From Calcarisporiella thermophila CBS 279.70 (Eukaryota > Fungi > Calcarisporiellomycota), in NCBI RefSeq assembly GCF_041956535.1, contig NW_027192207.1, forward strand, positions 605,764-669,763: DNA of 64,000 nucleotides. Reading direction: 5' to 3'. The position numbers and the translations under genes were made by a program. The notes below the pieces were generated by a model that was given only the letters and a program-made list of their open reading frames with translations, ran no database searches and was not told the DNA's origin. Positions 39,813 to 55,078 of the stretch are shown piece by piece. Within the stretch, counting starts at the first letter, position 1, and the number at the start of each line of letters is the position of its first letter.

Positions 39813-42752
39813 ATGTCAAAATCACACAATTTTAGTTCATCGTGTGAAATGCTACGAAATATATCCGTGGAAGGTCCACCTCATAACACTGTCCAACCAT
39901 TTCAGCTTAAGGTGCTCAAACTTTTACGATGTAAGTCGGGAAACTAACTGTATCTCGGGGGGCAAAAATTTCACACCAAAACAGATACAATTGACAGGGA
40001 TGCCAAAATAATCTTAGAGAAATCACTTGGAATAACGATGGATGAAAGAAATCTTTACGATGTTATTGTTTCTGATGGAATTATCAAGGTAAATTTATAG
40101 TTCTTTCCAGAATTTTAGTTGCATTAACTCACCTTTTGTTTTTAAAGGACAAAGTAATTCTTTCGCCTTTTCTGAATAGATTAATTCGACATGGAATCTT
40201 GCGGATTGGCTGCAATATCGAAGTAATTTAGAAGTATTTCTATTGCATCTATTTATTCAACTAACACTATGATTTAGGTGAATTCATATCAAATCTGTGA
40301 AAAACTCGGGCCAAAAAATGAAGATACCTTATTTATGATCGTCTCTCTTAGCGCAGACACTTCCACGTTCGATTTAACCTCTGAACTTCAGATTATAGTG
40401 GAGCTATCTAAGGTAATTTCAGAAAAGGGTCAGGTTAACCTAACACTGCGAATGAATATGCCATCTTCCACTATATCCCACTACTTAGATACCTTGGATA
40501 TCTGATATAGCCGAGAAGCTAGAATATGTTCCACTCCTTGGAGAGCGGAGCTATCTTGATCTTTGGGACGAAAATGATTTTATACGAGAACCGAGATGGG
40601 AACAAAATAACCTCTTAGTCCATACAGTAATATCATTCTATCCTATAATTTTAGTTCTATTCTTATTCTCATATATTATACTATTTTGTACCATAGTCAT
40701 TTCAAATAAACAAAGATCACCCGTGTATCCGCGAAATTCTTACAGAGAATTATAATCGTTCTGCATCGTCTTCGATTGCTGTACCAGCCATTGGTCGAGT
40801 GGTTACAAAATCTTCCATTAAAAATTTTGGAAAACCAGAAGACAAGAACAATGCTTTCCCATTTCAGTTTTATATTGAAATCGCTGATTGCTCTGCAAAT
40901 ATTCGCGTCGTAATTTGGAATGAACTCGTTTTCAAGACTTTTGACTCCATACATGTTGGTGACGTTGTCTATATTGAGAATTATCGCATAAAACGAATAT
41001 ATGGAATAACAAATGACATGGAGTTTTCTTTGAATTCGAAATCGCCAGCTGGGAGAATCCGTAAACTTAGAGGTAATTTTCCTTGCAGCTTGCTTATTTA
41101 TTATCTTAATTCACACTTTCAATCAAATTACCCTACTTTCACCATAATATAGAGAACAACTTTGAATATTGGCCTGATATTGATCAAATACACCGATTTC
41201 CGCTGACTCCAATCTTTCGACTTCGACTTTTGCCCCGCATTCTTTATGATACGACACCTGATGGGTTTGAATTTGATGTAATTGGTAGAGTCGTTTACGT
41301 AAGTGGAATCGAGAGAGAAGAAAATGATAATGGCGTAGGGTAGGTACAAATATTCGCTTGCATTACAAAATAAAAATAACTGTATTTTTACTACATACAG
41401 CCTTTCGGAGTATCGTTGGGTCAAACTATATGATACAACATGCGAAAGAGGTATTACCTTGAAATTGTATCGATGTAGTCAAGGCGCCATATTTAAAAAG
41501 TATTGCATTATTTACATACCCTCCAAATTTATTATTTATGTTTCCGATATATTTAGAATACATCCCGATATTATTCTTATTTGCACACGAGTTAAACTTT
41601 GCAGCATTGCACGAAACTCGAAATCACCTCGATATACCTTTGTAATTACGACTAGTCTCAGTCAGTTTACTTACATTGACGATTTAAATCAAAATGATCA
41701 ATTGAAAGAAAGATTTTACGATCTGGATCCAGAGGTATAAACTGCATATATACTAAGCAACTTCAATTTACATTGCACTAAATATATACCCCAAAGGCTC
41801 GAGTTTTGATACCTCGACATGACGAAATTCCACTTAAAGACTTTTGTTGTAAGTACAATTGAATACTTTTGTAAATGCTTGAATTAACACCCAACTGATG
41901 ATTAGACGGAGGATATTTCAATCTACCTATATCATTTCAAACATTCGAAGAGTTCGAGAGTTTTGATCATAAAGTTAAAATAACCCCTCTACGGTAAACA
42001 ATTTTATTTCTGACTATTATTAATGCTGTCTATTGTAACCTGGTTTGTTGATTTAGAAATCTGAACCGTATAACAGATAAACTAAGTATTCAAGAAAGAA
42101 CTCGAACCTTTGTTATTGGATCGTTGAAGCAGGTTGAGTTCAACGATATATTTTTAGCCATTATGAGTGAACACGACGACTTTTCGTCAGATATAATGAC
42201 CCGTGAGAATATAACTTCTCCTGAAATGATTGGATTCTTGCCACGGCTCCCATTCCAACATTATTACGCCCCACTTACAGATTCAGACAAGAATTTAACA
42301 ATCGAATTAACAATACAAGAAGGAGAAAAAAATTTGAAAGTATTTGTCGAAGGAAACGCTGATGAACAGGCTGGAGCTCTAAATAGTCAGGTATTGTTGC
42401 TTTAATTCAAAATATATAATTTATATGATTTTCATGGCATTGCTATTAGGCCGATTTAGCATTTTGGAAGCTAAAAACTTTCATCGATTTCTTTGCCGAT
42501 TATTTTAAAGTAACAGAGATTACTCAATATGAACTAGACGAGCTCCAATTTTATATAATCGAGGTTTGTATAAAAAAATTCTCTTCAACTCGCAAATCTA
42601 ATGATATCTTAACTTTAAAATAGCGCCTGGCTAAATTGGAATCTCAAAGATTTGTTTTTTTTCTTGATTTATGGCGAGAGATAAATGGAGATGTACAGAT
42701 ATTTTTATCCAAGATTTTTAGCATGTCGCCGAGCGACCGAAGTGAAAATTGA
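39813..42752 (+). CDS. RADX: RADX-like (CXorf57/DUF5521) multi-OB-fold ssDNA-binding protein, multi-exon
   Basis: LYDVIVSDG..KVILSPFLNRLIRHGILRIG; PLLGERSYLDLWDEND; IGRVVTKSSIKNFGKP..FPFQFYIEIADCSANIRVVIWNEL; FDVIGRVVYV..EYRWVKLYD..LKLYRCSQ..IH..ICTRVK; C-terminal FLDLW..DVQIFLSKIFS. Block order matches my recollection of RADX; no search run. Confidence 0.72.
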
Positions 42753-42791
42753 TATCTCCATTAACAACATTTGTGTTTATTTAATAAATAC

Positions 42792-44830
<2,039 letters not shown>

Positions 44831-44911
44831 TTCGTTTTGATTATTCTTTTTTCAATTAATGTAATATTTGGAATGTAGCTACAGGTAGTAAACATAGATT
44901 TAAATTGATAA

Positions 44912-44919
44912 CAGTCACA
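44912..44919 (+). promoter_or_regulatory. HomolD-box-like CAGTCACA about 80 bp upstream of RIO2
   Basis: Exact CAGTCACA match in the short spacer before a ribosome-biogenesis gene; function inferred from the fission-yeast HomolD element. Confidence 0.45.
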
Positions 44920-44993
44920 AGAGCGATTTATTAGAGTACATAAGATGATGCAAATAGGAAGATATTGGCTTATACCCCACGATACCCGCTGTG

Positions 44994-46062
44994 CTATACT
45001 GTATCATCTAATCATTATAATGCATCATGAAATTAGAAATTTTGCTTCACTACAATATTAGAATAGTAAGGGTGCAAAATAAAAACAAACCATGAAATGC
45101 CCAAGCTGTGTGCTTTGGTGACGAACTAGCATGCTTAATATAGATACTATTATCGGGAGGCAACTCCTAGGAATTGACAAGAAATATCAAGAAATTATAA
45201 ATATGTCATCACATCATCACATTAATTAGACGCCTACTTTTTTTGTGCAACTAGATAGCATAGATTGAATAGACAAGCACACTGATGATACAGTTTGAAC
45301 CGGACTCCATTGGCCATAAAGTATATTGATGCATATGTGTCCGTTACTAAAATAAATATTTGTATATAATATTTGTATTAATATATGAGTAAACTCATAA
45401 TAACCTCCACCCATTATTACCTATATATCTAGAGTTTGAAAGAGGTCGAAAATATAAGACAGAGTTATTTAAATATCTAGTAATTTATGGATTATCTCAT
45501 ACATGAGGGTGAACCGGAGGAGAACCGAGAAATACGACCTAAGTTAAAGATATTTTAGTCTGTATTTTATATTCAATACTTGTTGAGAATAAAACAAAAA
45601 CCTCTGGAGATTCAAGCGGGTAACTGTTTCCAAACCTAAACTATTAAGAAAATACTGAAAGATGAATACATCTTTAAATAAACAAGAATCAATCGATTCT
45701 ACCTGTAATTTAAATGTCTCACCCTGTCAAAGGACAATTCAATAAATTTCATTTAATTCGAGCATACAATTGATTCAGTTAAATATGTGTATACCTCATA
45801 TAGCGTATTAGGGGCCCCTTTTAATATTAGTCTCCAGCTAAAGTATGACCATGAATACTGATTCATTCAAAATATAAGAGAATCTACATTACCATTGAAA
45901 GTCATCAGCACTATCAACAGAGACTCCAACCGGAGGATTGGTTTGCAAATCTATAAAAAAAAACATCATGTGAGGAGGGGATCCATAATGGATATAAAAA
46001 TGAAAATATGTCTTCCAACCTCGCAATTCTTTTGAAAGACGTCTTGTGCATAACGAGGACAT
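44994..46062 (-). CDS. UBE2W: Ubiquitin-conjugating enzyme UBE2W-like; many tiny exons including an 8-nt microexon (45428-45421)
   Basis: [74 protein letters not shown]. Confidence 0.92.
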
Positions 46063-47403
46063 CTTAATCCGAGGGATGCGAAAATGCAAGGAAGAGAAAA
46101 AAATGTATAAAGAAATTGCGAGATAATAACTATAAAATCTTATTGCGGAATTGCCGATTTAATTTCAGATGGATGTGATAGAATTCAGCTGGCCATTTTC
46201 TCACATAATTTTACATCCTGCTTAACTCGCGAGGTTGTAATTCAACAGCAAATCAGAAGAACATTTTATTCCATTTATTCCATTGGTAACAAAATTATAA
46301 CCCACAAAGCTCATTTATGTGCTATATATACTGTTTTATAGAGACTCAATGTAATGTCAGATAGTAGTCTTGCAGAATTAAAAACATCTATTAAAATTCT
46401 AGATCTATATTCAATTTGCCTTAATGCAAACCAGCCAGATATTATTGGAGCATGTTGATAAGCGATATATAATAGCTTGAAAAATGCAATGGATAAAGTG
46501 TGTTAACGTTACATTGAGGAATACAATATTTTAATCACCTAGTTGATAATATTTGTATTTTTTTGTACGTATGCATATTTTTAGAGGTAATCTATTGACC
46601 TTAATCTACAGTTTATTATGCTAAATGTGCAAAAGTCCAAGACGTAAGATTTTGCCCTAACATTCACCACTGTTAACCAGTGTTTGTATTATGATTGCAC
46701 TATGTCAGTATTAGTAGAAATATGCATATACCTCAGTTAATAAATACTGATTATCAACCGGTTGTTTTGCCATTTCAAGGCTAATTATAGTAGATTAAAT
46801 GAGCAATGAAAAGCTTCACAATCAATGGTTCTTGTTATGGATCAATAAATATTTTCCTATATTGATATTTCAAATCAAAAAAATTATACGAAAATTTAAA
46901 TAAATTGATTAATAATTTTAATAATAAAAAATTTTAATAAATTTGAAAAATTTTTAATTCTTTCATTTTCTCCTATTTTTTAATTTTTTCAATAGTTATT
47001 GGTCAAAATTGAAATTTTTTTTGCATTTTCCCACAAAACTACTCAAAAGCTACAAGTTTCTCTTTTCATAAGAGTTGAGGTAATATTGCTGCGAAGCTTT
47101 GATATTAGTCAGATTTTGTATATATATTCAAGCATAGTGTATAATAAGCAAAATAGAAATATTAACAGTGTATTGAGCAATCGAGAAATCAAAGTCAGAT
47201 CGTCCCTACCTCTCTTAAATTACTCCAATTTCATTTTATAAGTTACCTCGATTTACTAAAGATATTCACATATTTATGTGGACGCAAGAAAGCAGAAACA
47301 AAGCATTATGCAAAAAAACTTTTGTAACCTAACATCATTCTTTTCGAATTTACAAATTTTCGATTGATTTGTATTTTGTTTACTGTATATAGTCGACATT
47401 CTG

Positions 47404-48360
47404 ATGGCTTCTCCTGGACGTCGTATCAGAACAAAGTCAAATGAGAGTGATAAAAAACCATTGGATGTGAGATATAACAAATGGGATTCTGCCCTCCGAA
47501 TATATTGCAAGGATCCGGAGTCCCATCCTGACATTGTAATTTTTCATGATGAGCTTTGTGTGGCAATACGTGATAAATACCCAAAGGTGATTAGAATTTA
47601 TAATTGACTTCATAAGATTATTAAGTATACCCAAATACAGGCGAGACACCATTATCTTGTAATGCCACGAAGATTTATAGATTTTTTAACTGATCTCCGT
47701 TCTGAGGATGTTGGATTGATTAGACATCTACAAGAAATAGGGAAAATGATAATTAGGAAAATTATGTAACTTAATTTTTAGTTTTAACAATATTTACTTA
47801 TCCCTTTTACGCCTTTTTTTTTGGGTTAATAGTGAGCATCCAGAGCACGAATTTCGTATGGGTTTCCATGCTGTGGCCAGTATGAAGTACTAGGCATATT
47901 ATTTTTATTTTCATAGCCGAGGCTAAAAGGCTATTGTACTTTCAGACAGGTGCACATGCATCTGATATCACAAGATATGTGTTCTCCGTCGCTTAAAAAT
48001 AAGATACACTGGAATTCGTTTACCACCGACTTCTTCAGAGTTAGAATACTTTTCAGGAGTGCATGTATAGTTAATTCATTAATTAAGCATTTAACTTAAT
48101 AGAATGTCGACGATGTAATTCACGAGTTAAAAGAAAATGGCTCACTTCAAGTATGTAATTTAATCCCGCCAATATTTGAAATGATTATATGCTCGTTTCT
48201 GTAGACTAAATGGAATATTTCTAATTGGATAATATAGTTTGACAGAAGCTATTACGAGTCGCTCCTCAAGAGGCCTCTAAAGTGCCATCGTTGTGATGAA
48301 ATGCCAGCAAATATCCCCGCTCTCAAACGTCACCTAGAATGCCACGAGAGTAATAGGTAA
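47404..48360 (+). CDS. APTX: Aprataxin/Hnt3-like HIT-domain DNA 5'-AMP hydrolase (start uncertain)
   Basis: [52 protein letters not shown]-terminal [14 protein letters not shown] zinc finger. Confidence 0.9.
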
Positions 48361-48553
48361 AAAATATTGAAGAGGCTGAACAAAATTAATAATTTTTTCG
48401 TGGCAACTCCGATTCTCTGTAAAAAACAAAGGATTTATTCAATATAAGCATCATATCTCTTTTATATATCGAGACCAATTAAGAGGAATAACTGAAAGCA
48501 AGTCTACAAAAGATCCTTTTTTTTTGTGCTTTTAAAGCCTTTTTTTTGCCCAG

Positions 48554-50890
48554 ATGAGCCATTCCTTTGCTCCTCCCAATATCTCAAACAGATGTTTACG
48601 GGGATTGGCGCATGATTTGAGTCAATTATGGAATAATCCACAAGATGCGGATGTGGAATTTATTGTCGGTGGAAAAAATGCTGGCGTTCAAGGTGATGAG
48701 ATTTGTACATTCTATGCACATCGTGTGATTCTCCGTTGTCGCTCCGACTATTTCAATAAGGCATTTTCTCGTGAGTGGGGTAGAGACAATAATGGCAAAC
48801 TAGTATTTGAAAAACCTAATATATCCCCGGAAGCGTTCTCGCTTGTACTTCGCTTTATATATACTGGATGGGTGGATCTTTCTATCGCGTCCGAATCCGA
48901 CTGTTGGACATGGGAAAAAGAGGAAGTTAGGCCCAGATGGAAGGACGAAATTGATTTAGAGCCTGAGCATACTCTTGTTGGTAAAACACTAGTTGATGTG
49001 CTAGTCGCAGCAGACGAAATGCTTGTGCACGATTTGACTGATATAGTTCAACGCAGGCTTATTAGCCAACATACTACGTATATTGAGAACAACGCAGCTT
49101 CTTTGCTTTTACTTTCGGACCGACACTCATTTAATATTCTCAAGCAGTATTGCATTGAAATTGTGTGTAAAGATCCTTACCCTACTTTTTTTTCCGAGGC
49201 TATAGCGGAATTTGATGCTGATCTACTACTTCATTTTCTACGGTCTAATGAACTAAGAATGAAAGAGGCTGATGTATGGGATGCGGTACTTGACTGGGCA
49301 TTACGACGATGTGGACTTGAACTGGATAAAGCTGCAAGTGCTGCATCAGACTGGCCCACAGATAATTTGGTAGCAATCCGAGCATGCCTGGAACCTCTGC
49401 TACCACATATACGCTTTTTTCAAATGACTCCGAGCGACTACGCGAAGCGAGTTAAGAGGCTAAAGATAGTTCCTCCGAAAGTGGAGCGCGAAATCTTACG
49501 ATATTACAATGAGAAGAACTATATTCCTACGTTATATCATCCGTATTTTTTTTTGGCTTCGAGAGAAACACATCATTTCTCATCGCGGATTATTACTGAA
49601 AAGCATCGACTCTTAATTGATAATTGGTAAAATAATCGTATTAACTCTGTTGTGTATATATTTTACGTATTTCATTTTAGGATTCTTGGGTTTAATGATA
49701 CTGTTTATTCATTTGATTCATCCTTTGACCCCTTATCCGAGTTGGATGAACCTTGGAGGCCGCACACGGATCGCAAATCCCAAAATACTACAGCTGTAAC
49801 CTCAACCACCCCCTTGCCCTTCTGCGGTAAAAAATTTGATTGGCAGATTCTCTTTCGTGCTTCTCAGCATGGTCGCGACTCTCGAAGTTTTCACCGCCAT
49901 TGTGACAATCAGGGGGCAACTATAGTTATACTTCGTGTACGTGGTACTGGAGAAATTCTTGGCGGATACAACCCAGACTCATGGAAGGCTATCGGAGGTG
50001 GGCGTTTTATGCCTGCGCAAGAATCATTTCTCTTCTCATTTTGCGCTTCAGAAGACAGTCCACCCGAAGTTGCTAGTGTTTCAACTCGTATAAATTCCCA
50101 AGAGACTAATGGGGCAATTCCAGCAGCCGTCAGGTTAAATTCTGGGAAAACTCGCGCTTTAAATAGCGGTACCTATGCAGCATCAAGCAGCAGGACAGAC
50201 TACGACGAGAAAGTAGATAGACACTCAAGCTCACATAAATCATTTAGTAAATCCGATTTTTATCCGGCTATAAAAGATAAGCGTAATCGACTTGGAAACG
50301 AGGAGGTTTCATATTTACGAAACGAGCCTAGTTATGAAGAACTATATAGCGTGCACGAAGGATTGGCGGAAAAGTCAGAGCCATGTGTTGGGAATCAACT
50401 TAGCACTTCAGATTGTACTTCTGTTTCTGCATCAGCTGCTTCTGCTTGTTGTCGTTCAGTGCGGCATTTCAAAGAACGTACTCCCGTATTAGTGACAGAT
50501 CTCTCAACCAAGCTTGAAAACCGAACCAAGACAAATGAAGATAATGCTTCAGATTTGCAAACAGATTCGGATATGTTTTCGGACCTAGAAAATTACTTTC
50601 AACATGAATCAGCGACAAGTGTTGGTCATGCACCAGATCGACCTACTCTCCACCGCCTCAAGCCGTTACATTCATTGTATGCAATATACAATAGTGCGCA
50701 TTGCGGTCCAGTTTTTGGTGGAGGGCATGACCTATATGTAGGGTCGCCCTTCGATGAGCCATGCTCATTTGCACGATGCTACGCTTATGAAGGACCACTA
50801 AGGAATTCAACGAGTGATTTTGCGATAGATGAGATGGAAGTATGGCGAGTTTCTTTACTTGGAAAAGAGGCGAAGAAATCTATGACTTGA
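48554..50890 (+). CDS. BTB/POZ-BACK-TLDc protein (2 exons, intron about 49627-49680)
   Basis: DVEFIVG..FYAHRVILRCRSDYF..KPNISPEAFSLVLRFIYTG; EADVWDAVLDW; LLPHIRFFQM; TLDc LFRASQHG..FHRHCDNQGATI..GGYNP..GPVFGGGHDL..EMEVW. Confidence 0.88.
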
Positions 50891-51289
50891 GGAGACTGAA
50901 ACCTGGTGTTATCAGACACGATTTTCTTATTATACCTACATTCTATTTTTCACGCAACATTATTATATACAATGTTTCCCATAAATCGTTCTGATCTTTT
51001 AAATGCATTGGTAGGCTTTCTATTAATATCTAATTTCTGTTAAATTTTATATATTTAAACGCAATATATAACATTTTAAAAACAAGAGAAAAAAATGTTG
51101 AAAATAAAAACATAACCATAAACTTACGTACATGTAAAAATGATAGTGCTTGGCTTTAATCTAAACAATTATATATTATACAAGAGTAGGGAGGGAAGAA
51201 TACAGGCCAAATTTTAAAAAGATACTGTATGGCATCGTGTGCATGTCTAAGCACATTTTCGGACAAAAGTTTAGGGAACCTTCGGTGTC

Positions 51290-54200
51290 TCAGAGTTTTA
51301 AAGTTTCATTATCAAGACCTTTGTTCCTCTTGGGATTCTTTAAACTATTTCGATACGTTTGCTCGTCTACGATGCCAAATCCATGTTTGCCACTAAATAC
51401 CACCTGTGGGCCACTGTCTCCGCCTTCAATTATATACTCTTCCTTTTTGTGCTCCTGAGATGGACTAAGAGTTTGTTGAGTTACTTTGCCATTAAATACT
51501 GGTGGAGGGAGTTCTAGATGAGCAACCGGGGAGCTTGTTCCAGAGTTTAATTGCCAATCCTGTGGTGTACTTGGAAGGGAAAAAGGAAGCGGCCAACTAG
51601 GAGGCGTTAATTCCTCCTCGTCAGGGGCGGTTGTCTTCCTCACCCAAGGATTGTCTTTGAGGCGTTCGCCAACTTTGCATTGGAATTTGGGTGGACAAGC
51701 ATACCGTAAGTCGTCAATAATCTACATTTGTATATTACATATCAAAGATTTCAACTGGATACTAGCCTGTGATTGAGTTTACCTTTTCATAATGAAGAAT
51801 ATTCTCCTTTAGCCTATCCTGTTCCTCCTGCAACTCCTTGTGCCTCTTTTCGCCCAGTCCAGGTAAACTATTTTTTATTTCATTGAGTCGTTCCACATCT
51901 TTTTGCATCTTAGCGTGCTCCAACTTTTGCTGTTCTGATCTCCACTGTTCAATTTCTTTACGGACAAAATGCCCAATGATAAATGGATGATGAGTAATCA
52001 CTTTCTCAGTATCAATTAGATCATTGAAATTCTTGATGTATGGCTTCACAAATGCATAATGAGGATCACCTTTAACCTACCAGCAAAAAAGACTCATTAC
52101 TCTTTGAAAATAAAACATACTCTAATAAATACCATTTAAAATACCTCTTTATCAACCAAACCAGATCCCCATAGCAGGCCGAATGTATTAAAAAACACTG
52201 CCCACGACCTGATTAAGAGCGGTTTTAACCACTTGGGTGTATACTTCCAGCTAAGTACCTTGCGGGTTATGCTGTGAACACTCTCTGATCTAACAAAGAG
52301 CTTGATAATCGGAATAGAGCCAGGCAAATGGATGTTTGCCATTTCTGCTATTGATTTTGCGTACCGAGTGCAGTTACCATGGAATAACTTGTAGAAAATT
52401 GAAAAGTCAAGACAGACTGTTAAAAAAAACAGCACAATTCTTTTACCTGGTATGTATGCTCACGATGCATTTGATCCCATTCAACCTGTCGTTTCATCTT
52501 AATAAATTGTCGCTCCTAAAGAAGCTCAAAGCATTATTTATACCGGCTCTGTTTTCTAAACAAGTATGTTTACCGTTATCTCGAATGAAACCACTGTGTA
52601 AGGCCCACGCCAAAATTCTGAAATGTCAGGGGACTAAAGGAGAATTAGAGTAATGGTACTGAGGTATAACATCGAAATATAGACTTGGAATACACATGAC
52701 TTACCATAAATTTACTGACTTTAATTTTCATTGGAAACACGAATTGTTCATGGAACCCCATTTTTTGAGGCCGGTACTGCCCAAAACTATACCATTCTCC
52801 TCTCGGAGTTTTGAATCGCACCCAAGTATGATCTCCTCCTAACCGAGGTTCATCAACAATCCAAGAACAAATCTCGAGAATATAACGATTTCCCCAATAT
52901 GGCTCTGTTATTTGGAACGGCTCCAATCGGGTCCACTCATAAAATCCACGATCAATGACACCGTTTCTAGAATACTGGCCTTCAAGCAAGTATGTATTAG
53001 GATTCATGCGAATGCGCGAACGAATATCCTAAATGATATAGGTTAAACAAGTTAGAGGATAAAACTATTAAATGAGGATACGTACATTCCATTTTCGATA
53101 TTCTCCCTGATACAATATTTTAATATCGTTGGTCTTTTCATCAACCTGTAGTTTATGTTTGTAAACGAAAAGATATCGATGAAGTGAGTTTTTGGATGCA
53201 AATTCTCGGAACCCTCTGTTATCGTCGAACACATCTGAATGCTAATTATACAATTGGTTAGAGTGTGTTTTTGTTTTTGAGATTCATGCCTCTTACAATG
53301 CCCAGCTTCCCGGCAAGAACTTCCTTGGATAAAACTTCGTAAACTTCCTTTAGTTCCTGCTTATCCACGCGTTTTAAAAATGCGCTTGCAACGATAAGCG
53401 TTGGATTGCGTAAAGAGTTTTGTACGTCCATGCCCGACTGTCTCTGGAGCACCTCTGTCAATTTAAGAGCGACAATACGATCCTGTTCAAATCTCTGACG
53501 TTTATATTCAGCTTGTGCATCAGCTCTTTCCTCATCGAGAGATGTGGTAGAGGCTCCAGGGCGTCTATCGATGTCAATTTCATCCGAAGTAAAACGCAGA
53601 TGTTCGTTGAGTGTAGATTTTAGCTTTCTATAGCGATTTATTGCGCGCAAATATACTTCCTCAATGTGATATCTGGCTTTGTGATGTACACTTTTCAAAG
53701 GACCACGATGGTCTAGTTCATATAAGAGAGTATCGTCGGGAAAAATTATGACCGAGATACGGTATAGTTCGTCAGGAATTACCGAAGCAATTTCGCAAAG
53801 ATTCTAAAAGTATTAGCATAGATTTTAGAAACTAAAGTTAAAATACAGGTAAGTATCTGTGAGCATACTTCAAGAAAATCAATATCTTCCCATTTCATAT
53901 CTATTAATGGTATATTTTTTGTGTGAAAATAGCCGACGATCTTGAGCAACTTCAGGGCAGATTCAAACTAGGATGTAAGTCATATCATTAGCAGGCATTG
54001 GATTGTACTAAAGCATAAGCCAAGGTATAAAACCTCTTCCTTGGGTAACAAATTTGGGTCTGATTTATCAACAAAGGTTTTGAAGGCTTTGGATACGATA
54101 ACATGTAGCCCAAGGCAACGAGTATGATGCCGGCAGACCTGGAAATAAGCTGATGCTGACAACCGAACTTCTTCAACGCTAGAGTATATATCATTGTTAG

Positions 54201-54792
54201 AATAGGTATATAAATCAATAAAATGCTGCTCATTTACCTCTCTGCAATATGAGGATTTCGTGTATTGGCCTTGATAAACCACCAAAAATTTCGAATAATT
54301 CCTCGATGAACTAAACTATATAAGCCTAATTTACAAACAAAGGTATATATATATCCAAAAATTTGACTTACTTTACAATAAAACTATATGGCTTCACTTT
54401 CTTAACTGTGATTTTGAATTGATCTTTTATCGTAACAGAATAAACCTATATTAGATTAAAGATTTTACCAATTATGAAGACACTTTTATCAATAGGTAAT
54501 GGAGTAAAACCTTGGAAAATAGGTCTGTCTTGAGTAACTTCTTAGTTGTATGGGGAGATGTAAGGAGACAGTTCAGGTATTCAACAGTTGTTTTTGGTGT
54601 TGAATTATTACGAACACTAGCTAGCCATCGTTCCCGCTGCTCATTGTAGAGCTGGCGATAGTAGACAGTTGTGGCAAGAAGAAGTACTACGAGAGTTATT
54701 AACGTAGCAATCCATTGACTGGTTGCGATAAACGTAATCCAGTTCAATTTTGGTTCAGCGTCGCTCTGTGCTGCCAGTGGTATATCGTTCAT
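51290..54792 (-). CDS. Uncharacterised membrane-anchored protein with a putative permuted papain-like (NlpC/P60-related) domain, multi-exon
   Basis: N-terminal TM (IATLITLVVLLLATTVYY); spliced core GDHTWVRFKTPRGEWYSFGQY...SPDISEFW...TYQLFHGNCTRYAKSIA; coiled coil; continuous frame through GT-AG junctions where checked. Confidence 0.7.
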
Positions 54793-55078
54793 GGTAGGAA
54801 GACATATAACGAGGGAACAAGTAGTGGTAAATTATGTATGAGTAGAGTAGCACGCCGTGTAAAAAATAAAATCTTTTGGTCGAAATGAATTATCACATAA
54901 GCCACATATTAAGATTTATCACTGGGATGATTTATTGGAAAAATAATAATATATATCGAATTATAGATCAGTATGGATTTCTGTAATGGTAGCAGCTAAG
55001 GTGTTTTATCTTAGTTTTAAAAGAACATAATATTACTATGTAATTCTTAGGCAAAAGAAGAACTAGAAAAAAAAAAAA

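Noticed and set aside
40278-40505. TGA ending an ORF inside the RADX-like gene (selenocysteine or readthrough?)
   Set aside because: A normal GT-AG intron shifts the frame; the TGA is out of frame in the spliced mRNA.
53074-53085. GTATCCTC on the minus strand resembling a U12 donor
   Set aside because: The frame-preserving donor is GTACGT at 53085 (..RKWN/DIRSR..); the GTATCC site would frameshift.
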